A stretch of DNA of 64,000 nucleotides from Denitrobacterium detoxificans (GTDB lineage Bacteria; Actinomycetota; Coriobacteriia; Coriobacteriales; Eggerthellaceae), in NCBI RefSeq assembly GCF_015062615.1, contig NZ_SUUH01000005.1, forward strand, positions 16,061 through 80,060. Reading direction: 5' to 3'. Below are positions 11,116 through 19,248 of the stretch, piece after piece. Within the stretch, counting starts at the first letter, position 1, and every line of letters starts with the position of its first letter. A program made the position numbers and the translations under genes. The notes under the pieces are model-generated. The model was not told the DNA's origin. It saw only the letters and a program-made list of their open reading frames with translations, and ran no database searches.

Positions 11116-12945
11116 ATGGGTATCAGTCGTAAGCTAGTCTCCGTTTTGCTCGCATGCGTGTTGTCGGTTGCCTGGGTGCCGGCAATGGCGTTTGGCGTGG
11201 CGGATGAATATGAGGTCGCCAATGCCCCCGATCAAAGTGCCGTGCAGCCTCAGGAGCCTTCCGCTCAGCCGGAGGGACAGAACGAGCTCGGGCCCCAATC
11301 AAATGAAGCAGGAGATGGTAGCGAGCTTGCGCCCGCGTCCACGGGGTCTCTTGAGACGCAATCTGTCGTCAATGATATAGCTACCTTCACTTATTCGTAT
11401 ACGGGCGAATTCGTTGACATGCGGGTTGGCGATGGTGGCGAAAATATGACCGATCTGCCTCAGGGCTCGTTCGAAGGCTATCAAACTACGTACTATTCCG
11501 ATCAGGGAAAAGTCGTTTTTCATTTCTCTGTGCTGTTCATCGAGAAAATGACGAGCCTGACCATCAATGGCGTTGATTACAGTAGCTACATTCCCGATAC
11601 GAAGCAGGAAAAGCTCGACGCGTTTACGTATCAGCATACGGAGTTCGACGTTACCGTTTCGAGATCTAATACGTACGAGATTGCTACGTCAACCGTTCGC
11701 GATGATGACCCTGCAGTAGGCAATTTCCTCTGGTCGTACATGGATGTCGATGCTGGTACCGATGATTACATCGACCGTGGAACGCTGGAATTCGTGAGCG
11801 TTGAATATGATGGCGATACCTATACCGAAGCGGACTTGAAAGAGGGCTCGGCATTCGATTGGGTGGCCGATGAGAACGAGGGTGGAGCGGTATTCCCCGC
11901 GGGCTCTCTGCTCACTGTGAGGCTTGTGCCCAATCACGGCATGCAGCTCATTTCCTTTGGTGTGAACGGCGGCACGTTCGACACGGGCGAAAATGCGTCG
12001 GAGTACTCGTTCGAGGTTGCCAAGGGCAATTTCCACCTAGCGGCCCATTTTGACGAGGTCGATGATGCGGTAGTGTCTGATGATGATGCTATTTCGGGCG
12101 GGTCGATTGTGCTGTCCGATAAAGACGTCGATTCTGGTTCGGCTATCTTGTCCGTTGATAGCGCCAAGGTGAGCGACGATGAGCTTAATGCGCTGCAGAC
12201 GGCTGCAACGGGGGCTGGGGAGTATACGGTGCAAAGTGTCGTTGACCTTTCTTTGAACCAGGTCATCTACAAGGGAGTGAACGATGCGTCGACTGCCTGG
12301 ACGGCCTCTCTTGGATCTGATGAGCCCCTTGAGGAGAACGCCGTTGTTTCCCTGAAGCTGGCTGACGGCGATCAATACGGTTCGGTCGTGGTGGTTCATC
12401 AGGAGCATGACGGCACCTGCGTGGCAGTGCCGACGCAGTATGATTCCGCGACGCAAACGGCTACGTTCGAGACGGATGGTTTTTCGAATTACGCCATTGC
12501 TACGACGGAGGCCGCGGTAGAGTCTGCGGCGGTGTATCGCCTGTACAATCCGAATTCTGGTGAGCACTTCTTTACGATGAGCGAGTCGGAATACGCAAAC
12601 GTGAAAGCGGCGGGCTGGAACGATGAGGGCGTTGCATGGCAGGCTCCGCTTGAGGGTGCTGAAGTGTATCGCTTGTACAACCCGAACGGGGGAGACCATC
12701 ACTTCACGATGAGCGTCGAAGAGCGCGATATGCTGAAGAAGCTTGGCTGGAACGACGAGGGTGTTGCCTTCTGCAGCGCCGATGAGAGTGGCGTTCCCGT
12801 TCATCGCCTCTACAATCCCAATGCTCTTGCGGGGAACCACATGTTTACGGCAAGCCAGGACGAGAGCGATTTCGTTAAGGCGGCAGGCTGGAACTACGAA
12901 GGCATTGGCTGGTATGCCGTCGATGTTGAGGGCGAGCCTGTATAG
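11116..12945 (+). CDS. secreted wall-associated protein with three C-terminal YRLYNPN..GW..EG (DUF5648-like) repeats
   Basis: Signal peptide MGISRKLVSVLLACVLSVAWVPAMAFG; three about 43-aa repeats at the C-terminus (about 12525-12945). Confidence 0.85.
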   Translation: MGISRKLVSVLLACVLSVAWVPAMAFGVADEYEVANAPDQSAVQPQEPSAQPEGQNELGPQSNEAGDGSELAPASTGSLETQSVVNDIATFTYSYTGEFVDMRVGDGGENMTDLPQGSFEGYQTTYYSDQGKVVFHFSVLFIEKMTSLTINGVDYSSYIPDTKQEKLDAFTYQHTEFDVTVSRSNTYEIATSTVRDDDPAVGNFLWSYMDVDAGTDDYIDRGTLEFVSVEYDGDTYTEADLKEGSAFDWVADENEGGAVFPAGSLLTVRLVPNHGMQLISFGVNGGTFDTGENASEYSFEVAKGNFHLAAHFDEVDDAVVSDDDAISGGSIVLSDKDVDSGSAILSVDSAKVSDDELNALQTAATGAGEYTVQSVVDLSLNQVIYKGVNDASTAWTASLGSDEPLEENAVVSLKLADGDQYGSVVVVHQEHDGTCVAVPTQYDSATQTATFETDGFSNYAIATTEAAVESAAVYRLYNPNSGEHFFTMSESEYANVKAAGWNDEGVAWQAPLEGAEVYRLYNPNGGDHHFTMSVEERDMLKKLGWNDEGVAFCSADESGVPVHRLYNPNALAGNHMFTASQDESDFVKAAGWNYEGIGWYAVDVEGEPV

Positions 12946-12966
12946 ATCTCGCTTGTGAATCGTTGC

Positions 12967-13203
12967 GGGCGCGGGGCGGGGTTGCCCTTCGGGGCACCCG
13001 CTCCGCTGCTCGCGTGGGCAAGGCCCCAGGCGGGCCTTGCCCTACGCTCGTGCGCTCGCTGGTTCATGCTTTCACTTGGCGCTGCCCGGACTTTCCTTGG
13101 CGTTTCGGAAACTGCGTTTCCGCCCCGCCTTCGGAAGGTCCGTATGCAACGCTTTTCTTATTGGCTTTCACAGTGCCCCTATGGGCAACCCCGCCCCGCG
13201 CTC
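12967..13203 (+). repeat. structured mosaic repeat, copy A (long type)
   Basis: 19-bp perfect closing stem GCGCGGGGCGGGGTTGCCC/GGGCAACCCCGCCCCGCGC around the conserved core blocks shared with copies C, D, G, H and B2. Confidence 0.9.
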
Positions 13204-13715
13204 CACGTAGTTCCGATCGGGTCAATTCTACCCACGCACCCCTACCCCTCGACAGCCTCCCATCCAAGTAGGACTTCTATAAATCGGGACGGGTTGTTGT
13301 TGCGCCGCTTATCGTGAAGATTATTATCTCGTTGCCTGCCTCAACTTCTCTGATGATGCGTAGTTTGACGAAGTCGCTTGCCTGTAATTCCGAAACTGTT
13401 GTTTGGTGTTTCATTACCTGTTAAGCACTATTCTGAATGCCTGATGGGGTTGTTTCCCGGGTTGGTTATTTACTCGGGAAGGGGTGAACAAGGAACGCAG
13501 GCGAAGCCGAACGTTCCGTAGTTCACCAGGGATGGAGCAAGCAGTGCCCGTGAACGGGGGACGGAGGCTTGTTCACGCGGAATCGGATGATTCCCGACCG
13601 GACGCGCCACCCGAAGAGCCTACCAGCGCTCTGCCATGCGAAGCGAGTGGAGCGCGATTAGGGCTGCCGCAGGTTGAGCGGCCAAGGATAGCGCCCAATC
13701 GGTCGGAGCCGGTAG

Positions 13716-13785
13716 CCCATAGGGGCACTGTGAGAGCAAGCTGGAAACACGCTACGTTTGGGATGCGGCGTGGAGGCGCAGCATC
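13716..13785 (-). repeat. structured mosaic repeat, truncated copy B1
   Basis: GGGGCACTGTGAGAGCAAGCTGGAAACACGCTACGTTTGGGATG... matches the 3' third of the element (compare copy D), then breaks off. Confidence 0.6.
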
Positions 13786-13905
13786 ATGCATAATTGTAGG
13801 CAACGGTGTTTATGCCCTCGGTTCTGGCCTCGACTTAAAGAAGAGCCTACCAGCGCTCCGGCAGGTATCAGGGTAGGGGACAACGGGACCTGCTTCTGGA
13901 CTGGC

Positions 13906-14101
13906 GATTGCTGCCCTGCCGGTGATGCTCGCAAGGTCACTGTGAAAACAAAAAAAGAAGTTGCTTGGCTTAGCCAAGCAACCCGATAAATGCATGAACC
14001 AGCGAGCGCACGAGCGGAGGTTTCGGCCCGTGCGGGGCCGAAACCACGCGAGCAGCGGAGCGGGTGACCTGAAGAGTATCACCGGCAGGGCAGCCGCGAT
14101 C
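13906..14101 (-). repeat. structured mosaic repeat, copy B2 (short type)
   Basis: Core blocks present in reverse orientation. Closing stem CTGCCCTGCCGGTGAT/ATCACCGGCAGGGCAG. Central module replaced by GTTGCTTGGC-TTA-GCCAAGCAAC hairpin plus A/T tract. Confidence 0.85.
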
Positions 14102-14102
14102 G

Positions 14103-14165
14103 GATAAAAAAGCAGGCCCCTTTCGGGACCTGCTCAAAATTCGTGGCGGAGAGCTGGGGATTCCG
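14103..14165 (-). pseudogene. duplicated tRNA-Ser 3' end (24 nt) plus duplicated terminator
   Basis: TTCGTGGCGGAGAGCTGGGGATTC is identical to 14335-14358. The adjacent hairpin CAGGCCCC..GGGACCTG parallels the tRNA terminator at 14300-14335 with a compensatory base-pair change. Confidence 0.75.
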
Positions 14166-14338
14166 GCGTTCGCTTCGCGAACCCCGAACCCTCCCTCGCA
14201 GGCTCGGTCGGGCGAATTCCTAAAAGCCGTCCACTGGACGGCTTTCTTAACGGAATTCCACCTCATCGGTTCGAATCCCCAGTAACGGATCCCGAATAAT
14301 AAAAAAACAGGTCCCATTCGGAACCTGCTAGGATTTCG

Positions 14339-14429
14339 TGGCGGAGAGCTGGGGATTCGAACCCCAGATACCCTTTTGGGGCATACTCGCTTAGCAGGCG
14401 AGCACCTTCGGCCTCTCGGTCAGCTCTCC
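14339..14429 (-). tRNA. tRNA-Ser (anticodon GCU)
   Basis: Hand-folded: acceptor GGAGAGC/GCTCTCC, anticodon loop CTGCTAA, long variable arm, T-loop GGTTCGAATCC, encoded CCA. Confidence 0.92.
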
Positions 14430-14574
14430 GCGGATGCGTCTTAGACGCGGTACGCTATGATACCGTGACATTTCCAAACATGCAAGCATTCGCTTTGCGT
14501 AAAACATAGGGTCTGCGCTTTCGGGTATAATCAGGCCAAATTGAACCAAAATCGCACGTAGAGAGGGGAATTGG

Positions 14575-16584
14575 ATGCTTTCGCGATTTATGTTGTCGCA
14601 AATGCGTCACAACGATGGGCCCGTATGCGCCAGCGCGGGGCGCACAGCGGCCACATGGGGGATGGGAACCCATGCGCTGCGCTCGCTTCTTCTTGCTACA
14701 TGTCTCATGGCGGTGGTGCTCCTTGCGTGCGTGATCGCTCCTTCGCATGCCTACGCCAAGGACTACACCATTCCGAAGGTGGACATTACCGCCGATGCGC
14801 AAAGCGATGGCTCGCTGCATGTTGTCGAGCAGCGCACATTCAGCTTCGATGGCACGTTTTCCTGCATCTGGTGGAACATGCGCAGCGGCAGTTTCACGGT
14901 AAATAGCGTTCAGATTGGCCAGGTGGATAGCAACGGCGACGTTGCGCTGGTCGATATGCCCAGCGTGGGCTTCGATTTGTCATGGCGCGATGCGGGCGGC
15001 CCTGGCTATACCTCGTACTCGGTCGATACGGGCAAGAACACGGTCTACGCGTTCTTCGATGCCAGCGATTGCGATGTCGTCATCCAAATCGACTACACGG
15101 TGAAGGCGGGCGTTACGCCGTATAAGGACTGTGCCGACCTGTACTGGCAGTACATCGGCACCGATTGGGCGGTTGCGAACGAGAACGTTACCTGCACCAT
15201 CACGATGCCCGTTCCCGCGGGCGCCGCTCCCGTTATTGGCTCGGACGTGTACGCCTGGGGCCATGGCCCACTTACGGGCACGCTGGCCTTCAACGACTCC
15301 GCCACGGCCGTAACGTACAAGGTCGACAAGGTGAAGCCGGGCGAATACGCCGAAGCGCGCGTGGTGTTCCCCCGCACGTGGCTTACGAACATCAGCTCCG
15401 ACGCCCTGGAATCCACGGGTGACACGGCATTTCTCGATAGCATCCTGCAGTCGGAAGAGGAATGGGCCGACGCGGCGAATTACCAGCGCATGTACTCCCA
15501 GCTCTACATTCTGTTCTGGGCGTTGCTTTCGGTGGCGCTTATCGTGTGGGCTGTCGTGATGTACTTCCGACATGGCAAGGAGCACAAGCCCACGTTTACC
15601 GAAGACTACTGGCGTGACGTGCCTAATCGCGACGTTCATCCCGCCACCATTGGGCGCTTGTGGCGCTTCGGCAAGGAAAGCTCCAACGACTTCATGGCCA
15701 CAATCATGCACCTGTCGCATGTGGGCGTGCTCACCATTGCGAAGGGAACGTATAACAAGGACAAGAAGGTCATCGAGGATTATTACATCACCATCAACGA
15801 CGAAGAGGCCGATGCGCTCAGCGATCCTATCGACAAGGAAGCCATCAAGCTTCTTCGCAAGGTTTCGAAGGGAAAGAATCCCTTCTGGTTGGGGTCCATT
15901 CGCGATTACGGTAAGTCGAGCCCCTCGAAGTTCAACGACGCTGTGAAGGCATGGCAGGGCAAGGTGACCGCCGCCCAGAACAAGGCCGATTACTTCGAGG
16001 AGGATGGCAATAAGTGGCAGGGCCGCATCATTTGCGTGGCACTGGGATATCCCATCATCTGCTTCCTGATCACGTTCTTCATCGTGGAGAATTACATTCC
16101 GCTCGTGTTTTCCATCGTTACGGGTATTGCGCTGTTTGCGCTGTCCAACTTTATGACGCGACGCACGCAGAAGGGCCTCGACGACTACATGCGCTGCAAG
16201 GCGCTTCGTAGGTGGTTGTGCGAGTTCTCGGCGCTCGACGAGCGTCCGCCCACAGACGTAAAGGTGTGGGGCGAGTTCATGGTGTACGCCTACATCTTCG
16301 GTGTGGCCAAGGAAGCCCTTGCCCAGCTGCGTAAGGCTGTTCCCCAAATCTTCCAGGAGGACGACGACCTCATGGGTCAGAACAGCTGGTACGTGCCCTG
16401 GTACGCCATGTACGGCACGCGTCATGGTGATTCGTTTGCCAGCGTGTTCAATACTACGTGGTCGAATACGGAATCCATCGTCAGCTCGGCGCTTTCATCT
16501 AGCTCGTCGGGCGGCGGCTTCGGCGGCGGGTTCTCCGGTGGCGGGGGCGGCGGCTTCGGTGGCGGTGGCGGCGGCGCACGCTAG
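14575..16584 (+). CDS. DUF2207-like membrane protein with glycine-rich C-terminal tail
   Basis: GAGGGG RBS before ATG 14575 (alternative ATG 14662). Signal-like segment, large extracytoplasmic domain, 3 TM segments, tail SSSGGGFGGGFSGGGGGGFGGGGGGAR typical of the family. Confidence 0.8.
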   Translation: MLSRFMLSQMRHNDGPVCASAGRTAATWGMGTHALRSLLLATCLMAVVLLACVIAPSHAYAKDYTIPKVDITADAQSDGSLHVVEQRTFSFDGTFSCIWWNMRSGSFTVNSVQIGQVDSNGDVALVDMPSVGFDLSWRDAGGPGYTSYSVDTGKNTVYAFFDASDCDVVIQIDYTVKAGVTPYKDCADLYWQYIGTDWAVANENVTCTITMPVPAGAAPVIGSDVYAWGHGPLTGTLAFNDSATAVTYKVDKVKPGEYAEARVVFPRTWLTNISSDALESTGDTAFLDSILQSEEEWADAANYQRMYSQLYILFWALLSVALIVWAVVMYFRHGKEHKPTFTEDYWRDVPNRDVHPATIGRLWRFGKESSNDFMATIMHLSHVGVLTIAKGTYNKDKKVIEDYYITINDEEADALSDPIDKEAIKLLRKVSKGKNPFWLGSIRDYGKSSPSKFNDAVKAWQGKVTAAQNKADYFEEDGNKWQGRIICVALGYPIICFLITFFIVENYIPLVFSIVTGIALFALSNFMTRRTQKGLDDYMRCKALRRWLCEFSALDERPPTDVKVWGEFMVYAYIFGVAKEALAQLRKAVPQIFQEDDDLMGQNSWYVPWYAMYGTRHGDSFASVFNTTWSNTESIVSSALSSSSSGGGFGGGFSGGGGGGFGGGGGGAR

Positions 16585-16607
16585 CCCCATTCAACGGCAT
16601 GCAATTA

Positions 16608-16641
16608 TGGGGAGCGAAGGAGACTTCGTTCCCTTTTTTTG
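16608..16641 (+). terminator. intrinsic terminator after DUF2207 gene
   Basis: GGGGAGCGAAG..CTTCGTTCCC hairpin followed by TTTTTTT. Confidence 0.75.
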
Positions 16642-16785
16642 TTGGGCACATTGCGGCCAGCGGTTTTGCCTGATTGTCGGGTGGCGAGTTCTGTGCAGGG
16701 CTTTCGCGCTTTTGCGTGCCGGTCTTTCGGTTTTGCTCCATTGCGCTATAGTGAGCTGAACATACCGATAGAGAGAGGAGCGCGC

Positions 16786-17307
16786 ATGGTAAAGAAAGAC
16801 AACGTGATTCTTATCGGCATGCCCGGCGCGGGCAAGAGCACGCTGGGTATCGTTGCGGCCAAGATCATCGGGTACGACTTCCTCGATGCCGACCTGCTCA
16901 TCCAGAAGCAGAGCGATAAGACGCTGCAGAAGATCATCGACGCCATGGGTCCCGACGGGTTCATCCAGGTGGAAAACGAGGTACTGTGCGGCATCGACGT
17001 GCATCGCACGGTGGTTTCCCCGGGTGGTTCGGCAGTGTACTCCGAAGACGCCATGAAGCACCTTTCCGAAATCGGCACCGTTGTGTACCTGAAGGTGTCG
17101 CTTGACGAGCTCATGGGCCGTTTGGGTGGCCTGCACGAGCGCGGCGTCGTCATGAAGGACGGCATGGGCGGTCTGGCGGATATCTACGAAGAGCGCATTC
17201 CCCTGTACGAAAAGTACGCCGAAGTGACCATCGACATGGATGGCACGACGGTACGCGATGCGGCTGCCAAGCTGGTTGATACGCTTTCCATGAGGGGAGC
17301 CATTTAG
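16786..17307 (+). CDS. aroK: shikimate kinase
   Basis: ORF trimmed to MVKKDNVILIGMPGAGKSTLG (P-loop); 173 aa. Confidence 0.9.
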   Translation: MVKKDNVILIGMPGAGKSTLGIVAAKIIGYDFLDADLLIQKQSDKTLQKIIDAMGPDGFIQVENEVLCGIDVHRTVVSPGGSAVYSEDAMKHLSEIGTVVYLKVSLDELMGRLGGLHERGVVMKDGMGGLADIYEERIPLYEKYAEVTIDMDGTTVRDAAAKLVDTLSMRGAI

Positions 17308-17357
17308 CCTGCAGGGTAGCGCATCCTGCGCGTTCTCTGTGGTAGAATGCCTTGTGC

Positions 17358-17433
17358 GCCTCCGTAGCTCAGGGGATAGAGCACCGCTCTCCTAAAGCGG
17401 GTGTCGTACGTTCGAATCGTATCGGGGGCACCA
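17358..17433 (+). tRNA. tRNA-Arg (anticodon CCU)
   Basis: Hand-folded: acceptor GCCTCCG/CGGGGGC, anticodon loop CTCCTAA, T-loop TTCGAAT, encoded CCA. Confidence 0.9.
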
Positions 17434-17441
17434 GGAATACA

Positions 17442-17475
17442 AAGGCCGAGCGCTTTGCGCCCGGCCTTTTCTGTT
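17442..17475 (+). terminator. intrinsic terminator after tRNA-Arg
   Basis: GGCCGAGCGC-TTT-GCGCCCGGCC hairpin followed by TTTTCTGTT. Confidence 0.85.
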
Positions 17476-17718
17476 GCGTGGTCCTGTTATGCTCGACGAG
17501 GAGTGTGTTCGATCGCTAGGGCGTGCGTTTTTCCGGAAAATGAAACACAGGATCGAGCAAAAGCCTCTCACGGAGCGATACGAATTTGTAAGAATCGGTT
17601 CAGCAGTGTTTAACGATAATGGATGAAGATGGTTTCAGGTCGACGTCGTGGGCCGAAGAGAAATCGGTCTGCGTGTTCGGATAGAAGGCTCCATTCGCAA
17701 ACTCTAGGAGGTTCTTTC

Positions 17719-19152
17719 ATGAAACAGTACCAGCTCTTCATCAATGGCGCGTTTGTGCCGAATGGCTCGCGCGAGATGGCCGATGTCATCAACCCGGCCA
17801 CCGAAGAGGTTATCGGCCAGGTGCCGAAGGCTACCGAAGCCGATGTGGCCGCCGCCGTAGACGCCGCCTACGAAGCCCAGAAATCCTGGGGCAAGCTTCC
17901 CGCCGTGGAACGTGCGAACTATCTGTTCGAGCTTGCACAGCTGGTTGAGGATAACCAGGAGCTCTTTGCCCAGACGAACACCGCCGAAATGGGAAAGCGC
18001 ATTTGCGAATCGCGCGATGAGGCTGGCTGGCTGGCGGAATATCTGCGCTTCTATGCACGTCAGGCGCGCCATATCAAGGGCGAGATCATCACGTCCGACC
18101 GCCCGAACGAGAACATCTTCCTGTACAAGAAGCCCATTGGCGTATGCGCGGGAATCATGCCGTGGAACTTCCCGTTGTTCCTCATTGGCCGCAAGGTGGC
18201 CCCTGCGCTGGTTGCGGGCGATACCGTGGTGCTGAAACCCTCCAGCGATTCGCCTATGGGCTGCTATGAATTTGCCAAGCTCGTTGAGCAAAGCTCGCTG
18301 CCGGCGGGCGTCATTAACGTGGTTTCGGGTGGCGGCGCCCTGGTGGGCAATGCCCTTTCCGGCAACGAAAAGGTTGCCCTGGTCACCATGACGGGTTCCA
18401 CGCCCGTGGGCAAGCAGATCATGAAGAACGCCGCCGACCATGTGGCGCGCGTATCGCTGGAACTGGGCGGCAAGGCGCCGGTCATCGTCATGGCCGACTG
18501 CGATCTCGATGCCACGATCGAAAACATCTTCAACAGCCGCTTCCTGAACTGCGGCCAGGTTTGCAATGCTGCCGAGCGCGTGTACGTGCAGGCGCCCATT
18601 TACGATGAGTTCGTGGCGAAGATGACCGAGCGCATTGCGCGCGCCACGTATGGCGACCCGCTTGATGACAGCGTCGACATGGGCCCCATGGTGAACCGCC
18701 GTCAGGTGGAAATCGTTATGGACCTGGTGAATAGCGCCAAGGAAGAGGGCGCGAAGATCGTTGTGGGCGGCAATGCCCCCACCGACAAGAAGGGCTATTG
18801 GATGGAGCCCACGCTCATCGTCGACTGCAAGCACGAAATGCGCGTCATGACCGAGGAAATCTTCGGGCCGGTGTTGCCCGTTGCCAAGTTCGAGACGCTC
18901 GACGAGGCTATCGAAATGGCAAACGACAGCACGTATGGCCTAACCAGCTCTATTCACACCACCGACCACGATACGGTGATGCGTGCGCTGAACGAAATCA
19001 ACTTCGGCGAGATTTACGTGAATCGTGAGCACTTCGAAGCGTTCCAGGGCTTCCATGCGGGCGTGCGTCAGTCGGGCCTGGGTGGCGATGACGGCGAGCA
19101 CGGCCTTGAGGAGTTCCTCGAGACGCACGTTGCCTACGTCGACTGGAAGTAA
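17719..19152 (+). CDS. NAD(P)-dependent aldehyde dehydrogenase
   Basis: ORF trimmed to MKQYQLFINGAF after AGGAGG. ELGGKAP and catalytic-Cys motif FLNCGQVCNAAER; 477 aa. Confidence 0.93.
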   Translation: MKQYQLFINGAFVPNGSREMADVINPATEEVIGQVPKATEADVAAAVDAAYEAQKSWGKLPAVERANYLFELAQLVEDNQELFAQTNTAEMGKRICESRDEAGWLAEYLRFYARQARHIKGEIITSDRPNENIFLYKKPIGVCAGIMPWNFPLFLIGRKVAPALVAGDTVVLKPSSDSPMGCYEFAKLVEQSSLPAGVINVVSGGGALVGNALSGNEKVALVTMTGSTPVGKQIMKNAADHVARVSLELGGKAPVIVMADCDLDATIENIFNSRFLNCGQVCNAAERVYVQAPIYDEFVAKMTERIARATYGDPLDDSVDMGPMVNRRQVEIVMDLVNSAKEEGAKIVVGGNAPTDKKGYWMEPTLIVDCKHEMRVMTEEIFGPVLPVAKFETLDEAIEMANDSTYGLTSSIHTTDHDTVMRALNEINFGEIYVNREHFEAFQGFHAGVRQSGLGGDDGEHGLEEFLETHVAYVDWK

Positions 19153-19214
19153 CGGCATAGCTTGCGCATAGCCCGCGAAGCGGTAGCGCTCGAGCGGCGA
19201 TGCATATGAAGGCG

Positions 19215-19248
19215 AGGGCCAGCTGCGGTATGCGGCTGGCCCTTTCTA
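19215..19248 (+). terminator. terminator hairpin between convergent aldH and GIY-YIG/AlkD genes
   Basis: AGGGCCAGC/GCTGGCCCT stem followed by TTCTATC. Confidence 0.55.

Noticed and set aside
12967-13203. Ordinary MITE/IS-derived element.
   Set aside because: The terminal inverted repeats are not conserved between copies (they are copy-specific), no target-site duplication was seen, and no transposase is present in the window. The mobile-cassette idea is kept only in the modified form of insertion into hairpin loops.
12967-14101. Possibility that the repeated sequences form a CRISPR array.
   Set aside because: The units are about 200-240 nt and internally palindromic. They occur in both orientations and are dispersed at three loci. 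There is no short direct repeat with regular spacers, and no cas genes are present.
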